NCBI GenBank assembly: GCA_039920645.1
Contig: JBDSDI010000139.1
Coordinates: 1-28,123, forward strand
Origin: Bdellovibrionota bacterium
Lineage (GTDB): Bacteria > Bdellovibrionota > UBA2428
Reading direction: 5' to 3'
DNA length: 28,123 nucleotides
The notes under the pieces were generated by a model. It was given only the letters and a program-made list of their open reading frames with translations. It did not search any database and was not told the origin of the DNA. Every line of letters starts with the position of its first letter. Position 1 is the first letter of the stretch. Both the position numbers and the translations under genes were made by a program. Of this stretch, positions 8,781 through 15,753 are shown in pieces.

Positions 8781-9470
8781 TTAACCGAGTTCATCGTTCG
8801 TGCCGGCGAAAAGCAGACCCGCAAGCAGGGAATCGCGATGCGTGCGCCAGGTCTTATCGGGACCAGAATCACGTTCGATCTCGAGGGTAATCGTAGGAAT
8901 TTTGCGCTCCCAGCCGGCCCAGGTTCCGAAGGAGCCCGGAGTGGGATAACCGATGTCGTCCGTGATGATGTACTTGCACTCGTTGGCCATAACCTCGGCG
9001 AGCTTACGCGCGGGTCCGTTGTAATTAATCATCGGTTCCCAGGTGTGCATCGTGACGATGGCATGCGGAGAAAGCTTGCCGATGATCGCGATGAGCGTCT
9101 GGGCTTCGAACTCGGAACCCGCGCTCGGGCCGGGCTGATAACGTTCTTGGCGAGCGACCGGATCCCAATCTTTGGTGGGCATGTTGCGATTGAGATCTAC
9201 ACCGCGACCGTTCGTACGCTGATTGAGGGCACAACCGTCGGGGTTAAGTCGAGGAATCACCCACAGCGACGCGACGCCTTCGAGTTCGCGCCAGAGTCCG
9301 GAACGCACGAATTCTTCGACGAGGAAAAAGCCTTCCGGCTCGTCGCCGTGCACGCCGCCCATGAGCAAAAGATTCTTCGATCCGCGTGTGAGTTGGAAAA
9401 GCTCGATCTTGCGTCCGCCCTCGGTGGGACCGAAGGATTCGTAGGCGTGAGTTTTTATTTCTGGAGTCAT
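8781..9470 (-). CDS. mpaA: M14 zinc carboxypeptidase, MpaA-like murein peptide amidase
   Basis: GGVHGDE (HxxE zinc ligands), NPDG, RTNGRGVDLNRN, MHT, GYPTPGSFGTW and TLE (catalytic Glu). The start was set at ATG 9470 to avoid overlap with the upstream gene. Confidence 0.82.
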   Translation of the reverse strand: MTPEIKTHAYESFGPTEGGRKIELFQLTRGSKNLLLMGGVHGDEPEGFFLVEEFVRSGLWRELEGVASLWVIPRLNPDGCALNQRTNGRGVDLNRNMPTKDWDPVARQERYQPGPSAGSEFEAQTLIAIIGKLSPHAIVTMHTWEPMINYNGPARKLAEVMANECKYIITDDIGYPTPGSFGTWAGWERKIPTITLEIERDSGPDKTWRTHRDSLLAGLLFAGTNDELG

Positions 9471-9477
9471 CGCGTGC

Positions 9478-11505
9478 TCAAGTGTGCTGGGTCCGAAGCC
9501 GCTTGGCAAGTCCCACGATGATCTCAAAACGCTTCGCACTGAGCATGAAACAAGCGCCCCATTCGCAGAGTTCGAATTCCAGCCGCTCGTGTTCTACGAC
9601 GAGGACTTCAGAGGGACGATAGCCTTTTTCTGCGCATTTCAGCAGGAACTCCCGTTTCTCTCCCGGGGGAACTTTGACCGCAGCACCGCGCGCGACGATC
9701 TCCAACTGATTAAGCATATACGTGAGAATAACAGGATGGCGATCGCTGATGCGAGCGCCGATCCGTAGATCCTTCCAAAAACTCTCTTCGAGATCCGCTC
9801 GAGGTCTGAGCATCAGCTCGCGGGCCACGACGCCCATGTAGGTGGAATAGGCCGACGGGTTGGCGCCGTCTTCGTCTTGCAGCTCGCTCCACGGGGTCCC
9901 GAAACGCGATGATTCGCGACGCCTCGGTAAGAGATTTCCTTCGGCGTCGCGGAAGTTTTTTTCGATCCAATCGATGCGACTTCGCGCCTCGCGATCGAAA
10001 CGCATCTCAAGATCCAGAGGTAAGGCCGAATAAAGAGTTGCCGACTGCAACGCTTCGACGAGCGCAGCGTGGTCTTCGAGCAACGCTTCCTCGAAAGCCA
10101 CATCGGCATAGTAAATATGCGCAAGATCCTCCGGACGCGGAGATTTCACGAGCAAATATTCCAAGGTCTTGAGAGCCGCTCCACGCAGACGCGTTGAGAA
10201 GAGCACGTCATCTGCCGAAAATGCATAGGACGCCTGAAAAAGTGCCGCGGCCATCCATGCATTCCACGAGACCAGGACCTTTTCGTCGCGCAGAGGAGCA
10301 ATGCGTCGCTTGCGGACATCGTAGAGTTTTTGCTTCAGTCGTTTGATTTCCGGATTTGACCACAGCTCCACGTCTTGCGCGTGCTTAAGGCGAAGCACGT
10401 TCGTGCCTTCCCAATTTCCGCCCGGACGCACGTCGAAGATTTCCGAGAAGAGTCCTCCTTCAGAAATTCCGAGAGCTTGCGAAATTTCAGGTCGGCTCCA
10501 CACGAAGAATTTTCCTTCGACGCCTTCGCTATCGGCATCCTGCGCTGCAGCCCAGGCCCCCGACTCGAGACGCATCTCCGTTTCCAAGTAGTCAAGAATT
10601 CCTTCCACCACCCCACGAGCGAGTGGCGAGCGCGTCGCGAGAAAATCTTCGGCATAGGTCTGCACGAGAAGCGCCTGATCATAAAGCATCTTTTCGAAGT
10701 GCGGCACGTGCCACTCTTGGTCGGTGCTGTAGCGATGGAATCCTCCACCGAGATGATCCCACATTCCTCCGTAGGCCATGCCCTTTAGCGTCTGTTCTAC
10801 GGCGTGGTTCAGAGAAAGCTTTCGTCCCGGATCAGTTGCGAGCTCCGCCGCGCGCAGAAGCGCCGATGTCGCGTGAGAACGTGGAAATTTCGGAGCGCCC
10901 CCGAATCCGCCCCAGATCGGATCGAAGTTTCTCAGTTGCAGCTCGCCAACCTTCTCCATCCAGGCGTGCCATCTGCGCGAGAAATCCTGCGATCCGAAAC
11001 TTCCGGCAAGAGCCGCATCACCGGCGATTCCTTGTTTCATGTGATCAAGGACCTGTTTGCCCTGCGCTTCGATCTGTCGGGGATCCTGCGCCCACACGTG
11101 AGCGATATTGCTGAGCAGCTGGATGACCTGCGCTTTGGGAAAATAAGTTCCGCCGAAAAAAGGCGTGCGATCCGGAGTCGCGAAGATGTTCAGGGGCCAC
11201 CCGCCGCGGGCGACCATCGTGTGAAGGGCGTCCATATAGAACTGATCGACGTCGGGATGTTCCTCGCGATCCACTTTGATCGCGATAAATGACGTGTTTA
11301 AAAGTTGGGCAACTTCGGCATCCTCGAAGCTCTCGTGCTCCATCACGTGACACCAGTGACAGGTCGAGTAACCGATCGAAATCAGGACGGGCTTGTTTTC
11401 ACGTTTTGCCGTCTCGAACGCCTCGGGCGACCACGCCCACCAGTGAACGGGATTGGTGGCATGTTGCCGAAGATAAGCGCTTTTTTCCCGGTCGAGGCGA
11501 TTCAT
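9478..11505 (-). CDS. yyaL: Thioredoxin domain-containing protein YyaL/SPATA20 (DUF255 plus alpha/alpha barrel)
   Basis: [80 protein letters not shown] and [10 protein letters not shown]. The start was set at ATG 11505. Confidence 0.92.
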   Translation of the reverse strand: MNRLDREKSAYLRQHATNPVHWWAWSPEAFETAKRENKPVLISIGYSTCHWCHVMEHESFEDAEVAQLLNTSFIAIKVDREEHPDVDQFYMDALHTMVARGGWPLNIFATPDRTPFFGGTYFPKAQVIQLLSNIAHVWAQDPRQIEAQGKQVLDHMKQGIAGDAALAGSFGSQDFSRRWHAWMEKVGELQLRNFDPIWGGFGGAPKFPRSHATSALLRAAELATDPGRKLSLNHAVEQTLKGMAYGGMWDHLGGGFHRYSTDQEWHVPHFEKMLYDQALLVQTYAEDFLATRSPLARGVVEGILDYLETEMRLESGAWAAAQDADSEGVEGKFFVWSRPEISQALGISEGGLFSEIFDVRPGGNWEGTNVLRLKHAQDVELWSNPEIKRLKQKLYDVRKRRIAPLRDEKVLVSWNAWMAAALFQASYAFSADDVLFSTRLRGAALKTLEYLLVKSPRPEDLAHIYYADVAFEEALLEDHAALVEALQSATLYSALPLDLEMRFDREARSRIDWIEKNFRDAEGNLLPRRRESSRFGTPWSELQDEDGANPSAYSTYMGVVARELMLRPRADLEESFWKDLRIGARISDRHPVILTYMLNQLEIVARGAAVKVPPGEKREFLLKCAEKGYRPSEVLVVEHERLEFELCEWGACFMLSAKRFEIIVGLAKRLRTQHT

Positions 11506-11632
11506 TCGAGTCTCACAAAAAAACAATTTCTCAGTCCCGACAATGTGGAGTCTTCTCAATCCTACGAAATTTTCTTGCATTGCGTTGCTGTCTAAAGATA
11601 TGACACTTTCACAATTAGAAGGAGGACATCAA

Positions 11633-12082
11633 ATGTCTCGTATTGTGAAACAAATGGTCGTTCAAGTCTGTGTATTAGCAACCGTTATGGTTGGATGCAG
11701 CGTTTTCGCTTCCGAATTCGATCCTAAAACCGGCGAACTCGTAGCGCCCGACGCACTCGTCGTTCGTGAAGACGTTCACGGCGAACGCGTTCTTCTTACC
11801 GTCGAAAAAGCTCCCAAAGAACTCAAAACCGAAGCCGATATGAAGAATCTGGCGATTGCCGCTGAAAAAGCAGCTGCAACTGTCGACGCTTCCGAAGGTG
11901 GCGCTGAAGGTTCTGGCCCCAGCGAATTCGATAAGACCTCCGGAACGGCGGCGTGGTACTACTGGTACTACCCTAACAACTACAGCTATAACTACTATTA
12001 CAGCTACGGTTGCTACAGCTATTACCCCGTCAGCTACTACAACTACGGCTACTACCGTTACTACTACTACTACCGTTGGTAA
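11633..12082 (+). CDS. Secreted 149-aa protein with a Tyr-rich C-terminal core
   Basis: AGGAGG RBS before ATG 11633, a signal peptide ending VFA, and GCT/GAA/AAA/CGT-biased codons. The last 42 aa contain 23 Tyr and 3 Trp. A terminator follows. Confidence 0.85.
   Translation: MSRIVKQMVVQVCVLATVMVGCSVFASEFDPKTGELVAPDALVVREDVHGERVLLTVEKAPKELKTEADMKNLAIAAEKAAATVDASEGGAEGSGPSEFDKTSGTAAWYYWYYPNNYSYNYYYSYGCYSYYPVSYYNYGYYRYYYYYRW
11954..12079 (+). repeat. Low-complexity (TAC)n-rich tract encoding the Tyr-rich core
   Basis: Imperfect TAC/TAT triplet array, all in one frame, including (TAC)5 near the 3' end. Confidence 0.85.
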
Positions 12083-12122
12083 TTGCTCGTTAGCATCGCT
12101 CGCGACAATGAGCTAACCTAAG

Positions 12123-12158
12123 ACGCCGCGTGACCCGAAAGGGCACGTGGCGTTTTCT
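12123..12158 (+). terminator. Rho-independent terminator after the Tyr-rich gene
   Basis: 13-bp stem (ACGCCGCGTG-CCC / GGG-CACGTGGCGT, one bulge and one G-U pair), a GAAA loop, then TTTCTATTT. Confidence 0.75.
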
Positions 12159-12170
12159 ATTTGGAGATGA

Positions 12171-12491
12171 ATGCCAACTGCCCTCGAAAAACTGCGCGGA
12201 CAAATCCTGGTCGCGCCTTATCCCGACCTCGAGCCCCACGTGAAGCGTGGCTCCTTCATTCTTGTTTCTACGAACCTCGACCTCGCCGAAGTCGCACTGA
12301 AGATTGAGACCAACGACACGGCTTATATGAGCGGACTCATTGAATCCGGCTTGCTCGTGAAGTCGACCGAAGCCGACCTGAAAGACTGGAGACGCGATAA
12401 ACGTTTCTTTAAGTTCCTCATCGTTCAGCCCTTCGTCGTCGCCCAATTCGTAATCCTGCCTCCAGCATCGGATCCCAAAGACCTTAATTGA
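12171..12491 (+). CDS. DUF2288 family protein
   Basis: The pattern DLEPHVKRGSFILVSTNLDLAEVALKIETND...FKFLIVQPFVVAQ matches my recollection of DUF2288. GGAG RBS. Confidence 0.75.
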   Translation: MPTALEKLRGQILVAPYPDLEPHVKRGSFILVSTNLDLAEVALKIETNDTAYMSGLIESGLLVKSTEADLKDWRRDKRFFKFLIVQPFVVAQFVILPPASDPKDLN

Positions 12492-12516
12492 CACTCTGCG
12501 ACAATTTCGCTAGCTC
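12488..12516 (+). promoter_or_regulatory. Putative sigma70-type promoter (TTGACA-17-TAGCTC), 7 nt before ATG 12524
   Basis: Perfect -35 hexamer, which contains the TGA stop of the upstream gene. The -10 element is weak. Confidence 0.45.
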
Positions 12517-12523
12517 TAGTCTT

Positions 12524-13870
12524 ATGATGAAGCTTAAGAGCAGTCTTTGGACCCTCACGGTCTCCGCAACATTCATTTTTTCAAGTACTTATGCACATGC
12601 TGAGCTGCGCGTGCGAAACGCGCGCGAACTTCGCAACAGCTACGGACTTTCGGAAGCCTCGCCTCGTATCGACGAGCTCAAAGGTCTCAAAGTCGCCATC
12701 CTCGACAACTCTTTTGAAGGCTTCTTGCAGAACCGCGACAGCCTTCCCGAGAGCGCGGAATTCATCCGCGGCCCTCTCAAAGTTCCACCGGTCGGAGGCT
12801 CCACCCAAAGCGCCGGTCATGGACTCCTCATGGCCCAAGTGGTCTGGGCGATGACGGGCAGTCATCCCGAAGGTCCAAAATTCTACCTCGTCGATGCCAA
12901 CGGATTGAGCAACCTCAGGGCCGCGATCGACACCGTCATCAACCTCAAAGTCGATATCGTGCTCTACGCTTCGACGTGGGAGACGGGCGGCAACTATGAC
13001 GGCCAAGGCTTCATCAACGCGGCTGTCACACGCGCCGCCCGCGCCGGGATTCTTTGGGTCAACGCCGCCGGTAACGACCACGGGATGACTTACACCGGCC
13101 GCATCTCGACCGATCCGAAAACCGGCGCACTTCGCCTTCCGGGCGACGGCGGTATGCTGAGCTTCACGAACAAGCTCACGAACAATCCCGTCAAGCTCAC
13201 GCTGAGCTGGACCGACTACAAGAACGAAGAAAACGAGCAGACGCAAAAGGATCTCGATTGGGAACTTCAAGACTGGACCGGCAAGCGCGTCGCACTGAAA
13301 AATTTAAGCCAAGGATCGAAATCAACCTGCGGTGAAACTCCGAGCTACGCCCGTGGAGCACGCGAGAATTCGCTGCATCCTCGCGAACAGGACGAAGTTC
13401 AGCTTCAGGAAGGTGTCTACCACCTACGCGTTCTCGACTGTTCGGGGAACTTCGTACAAAGCGATCGCATCCGTCTCGTGGTGCAAAGCCCTAAAGGTGA
13501 CTCTATCGAAATGCACGAAGCCAACGGCGCCTACGAGATCAACCCTCCTGCCGATAACGATAACGTGATCACGATCGGAGATCTTTCACCCGTGTCTTCT
13601 CGGGGCCCTACCCTCGACGGACGTATGAAGCCCGACTTCCGCATGCGCGACTCGCGCGTCGAAATGAGCGACGGTCTAAGCATCCCCATGGGCTCGAGCG
13701 TTGCTTCGGCGATCTTCGCCGGCATCGCGACCCAGCTCATGAGCCAAGAACCCCGCCTCTCCAAAGACACGCTCATTCGCTACCAGAAGAGATTGCTTTC
13801 AAGCCAAAGCCCTGCGAATGGCGTCGGTCCTGAGTGGCGCACGCCGGACGCGTCCGAATTGGGTCGCTAA
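12524..13870 (+). CDS. Secreted S8 (subtilisin-family) serine peptidase
   Basis: Signal peptide; catalytic Asp (VAILDNSF), His (GHGLLMA), oxyanion Asn (NAAGND) and Ser (GSSVASAIFAG); also SSRGPTLDGRMKPD. ATG 12524/12527 is preferred over the TTG at 12488. Confidence 0.88.
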   Translation: MMKLKSSLWTLTVSATFIFSSTYAHAELRVRNARELRNSYGLSEASPRIDELKGLKVAILDNSFEGFLQNRDSLPESAEFIRGPLKVPPVGGSTQSAGHGLLMAQVVWAMTGSHPEGPKFYLVDANGLSNLRAAIDTVINLKVDIVLYASTWETGGNYDGQGFINAAVTRAARAGILWVNAAGNDHGMTYTGRISTDPKTGALRLPGDGGMLSFTNKLTNNPVKLTLSWTDYKNEENEQTQKDLDWELQDWTGKRVALKNLSQGSKSTCGETPSYARGARENSLHPREQDEVQLQEGVYHLRVLDCSGNFVQSDRIRLVVQSPKGDSIEMHEANGAYEINPPADNDNVITIGDLSPVSSRGPTLDGRMKPDFRMRDSRVEMSDGLSIPMGSSVASAIFAGIATQLMSQEPRLSKDTLIRYQKRLLSSQSPANGVGPEWRTPDASELGR

Positions 13871-13874
13871 GCCA

Positions 13875-14243
13875 ATGCTTCTCGCCGCGCAAATACTTAC
13901 GGGAGCGGTCGCGCTCCTCCATCTTTGGTTTTTGATTCTTGAAATGTTTCTGTGGCAGAAACCGATCGGCATGAAAACGTTCCGTCAGAACGTGGAAACT
14001 GCGAAGACGACCGCGGTACTCGCCGCCAACCAAGGGCTCTACAACGGATTTCTCGCAGCGGGACTCGTGACGAGTTTCGTGATCGGGAACGCCGAGACGG
14101 CCTTCGCTTTCCGTTGCTTCTTCCTCGGGTGCGTCGTCGTGGCCGGAATATTCGGAGCCCTCAGCGTCAGCCGTCGTATTTTCCTCGTCCAGGCCCTGCC
14201 TGCACTGACCGCGCTCGCTCTCAGCCTGCTTGCGTTTCGTTAA
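13875..14243 (+). CDS. DUF1304 family membrane protein
   Basis: ALLHLWFLILEMFLW, LAANQGLYNGFLAAGL and IFLVQALPA, with four hydrophobic helices. The start was set at ATG 13875, after the S8 stop. Confidence 0.88.
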   Translation: MLLAAQILTGAVALLHLWFLILEMFLWQKPIGMKTFRQNVETAKTTAVLAANQGLYNGFLAAGLVTSFVIGNAETAFAFRCFFLGCVVVAGIFGALSVSRRIFLVQALPALTALALSLLAFR

Positions 14244-14247
14244 ACCG

Positions 14248-14610
14248 TCAGAAACAGGTTTGTGTACATTCAGCAACGGTGTTGAGGCCGCTGCGACAAT
14301 CGTCGTAACAAAGCGCTTTGTAGTCAGCGCACATCACACCTAGCGGAAACTGTTTCTTTACAAGGTCCGAGCATTCGCGGACCGTATTGAGCGTCTGGCG
14401 ACAGTCGCGGAAAATCTTAATGGCTAGCTGGCCATCGGCGGCAACGCAGCGATCCGAGTTCGTCTCGGCCAAACAATACACGTGCGTCTTATCTCCGCCA
14501 CGAATGAACGCATCTTCGCCTGGGTTGAGATAAAGATTTCCGGCGGATGCGGAAAAGGCCATCATGGAAAGACAGAAAGCGGCGGCGGTTTTGATCGAAA
14601 GAGTCGTCAT
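14248..14610 (-). CDS. Small secreted cysteine-rich hypothetical protein
   Basis: GGAGA RBS, signal peptide ending ASA, and 9 Cys in the roughly 97-aa mature part. Confidence 0.75.
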   Translation of the reverse strand: MTTLSIKTAAAFCLSMMAFSASAGNLYLNPGEDAFIRGGDKTHVYCLAETNSDRCVAADGQLAIKIFRDCRQTLNTVRECSDLVKKQFPLGVMCADYKALCYDDCRSGLNTVAECTQTCF

Positions 14611-14713
14611 CAGAATTTCTCCAGAGCTCACTTCTACTCGGTTCCTTCGATGAACCAAAATAAGAAATCTTCATTTTTTCCTTCATCCGCACGCCGTGTG
14701 CTGTGCTCAGGAC

Positions 14714-14742
14714 TTGCCCCACTGGCACTCACGGAATAGCTT
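14714..14742 (+). promoter_or_regulatory. Putative sigma70-type promoter (TTGCCC-17-TAGCTT), 6 nt before ATG 14749
   Basis: The hexamers and spacing are seen directly. Confidence 0.45.
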
Positions 14743-14748
14743 CGAGGT

Positions 14749-15222
14749 ATGCAGTACTGGCTCATGAAATCCGAACCCGATTGTTATTCGGTCGATGACC
14801 TCAAAAAAGACAAGAAATCCCTTTGGACCGGAGTCAGGAATTACCAGGCGCGCAATTTTATGACCCAGCAGATGGCTCAAGGCGACGGCGTGCTTTTCTA
14901 TCACAGCAACGCCCAACCGCCTGGCATCGCTGGACTTGCGCGCGTGTCGTCGGATGGAGATATCGATGACCCGACTCAGTTCCTGAAGAACGATGAACAC
15001 TATGACCCCAAGGCCACGCGCGAAAAACCGATTTGGGGATGCGTGGAAGTGGAATGGATCGAGACCTTCCAGAAATACCTGAGCCTCGAGTTCCTCAAAG
15101 GAAACCCGAAGCTCGCTGATTTGGGCGTCTTAAAAAAAGGAACACGTTTATCGGTCCTCCCCGTTTCCGAGAAGGACTTCAAAGAAATCTGCAAAATGGC
15201 GGGAGCTAAGAAAGCTCCCTAA
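14749..15222 (+). CDS. EVE domain-containing protein
   Basis: MQYWLMKSEP, WTGVRNYQARNF, GDGVLFYHSN, YDPKA and RLSVLPV are classic EVE (PUA-like) motifs. Confidence 0.93.
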   Translation: MQYWLMKSEPDCYSVDDLKKDKKSLWTGVRNYQARNFMTQQMAQGDGVLFYHSNAQPPGIAGLARVSSDGDIDDPTQFLKNDEHYDPKATREKPIWGCVEVEWIETFQKYLSLEFLKGNPKLADLGVLKKGTRLSVLPVSEKDFKEICKMAGAKKAP

Positions 15223-15240
15223 CTGCATTTCGCCGCGAGC

Positions 15241-15681
15241 TTACTCGCCGAAGCCCGAAGGATAATTGGATCCACCGTTGCCGCCGCTTCCGGGCGTACG
15301 GTTCTTGCGACGTTGTTCGAAGTCTTGCTGAGCTTCGAGCGAAAGGCGCGTCCAAGGCTGAGCGGCAAGACGCTTGAAGCCGATGGGCTCCTCGGTCTCT
15401 TCGCAAACGCCGTAGGTATTATCCGCAAGACGTCTGAGAGCTTCCTGGACTTCGAAAAGCAGGTTCTTCTTGCCAACGAGCACGATTTGGCTGCGCTGAA
15501 CGCTCTCTTCGTAGCTACTGCGATCGACTTCGTCGGGCGCGCTTTGGTCTTCGTTCTCTTGTTGAGTGAGTTCCGCTTCAAGTTCGATAATCTCGCGTTC
15601 GAGCGATACCGATTTATCGGTCAATTTAGCGTTCAGCTCGGTGAGCTGAGGCTTGGTGAGTTCTGAGGGATTTCCTGACAT
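15241..15681 (-). CDS. dksA: TraR/DksA family transcription factor
   Basis: Coiled coil with the tip motif DEVDRS (DxxDxA-like), then EALRRLADNTYGVCEETEEPIGFKRLAAQPWTRLSLEAQ. Confidence 0.85.
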   Translation of the reverse strand: MSGNPSELTKPQLTELNAKLTDKSVSLEREIIELEAELTQQENEDQSAPDEVDRSSYEESVQRSQIVLVGKKNLLFEVQEALRRLADNTYGVCEETEEPIGFKRLAAQPWTRLSLEAQQDFEQRRKNRTPGSGGNGGSNYPSGFGE

Positions 15682-15753
15682 TTGCAGTCCCTACCTTTCC
15701 TAAAGTTGCCTAGGGATAGCTTTAAAGCCCCTCTTAGCCAAGTGAAAATTTCT

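Noticed and set aside
11687-11700. MVGC as a lipobox in the Tyr-rich protein
   Set aside because: Met at -3 is non-canonical, and a standard signal peptidase I site (VFA) follows four residues later. This is not fully excluded.
11954-12079. TAC-rich tract considered as a CRISPR array, VNTR or contingency locus
   Set aside because: There is no repeat-spacer structure and no cas genes. The triplets stay in frame and mix TAC and TAT, which fits selection on the protein rather than slippage. The Thr-rich reading in ORF 11856-12116 is an off-frame artefact.
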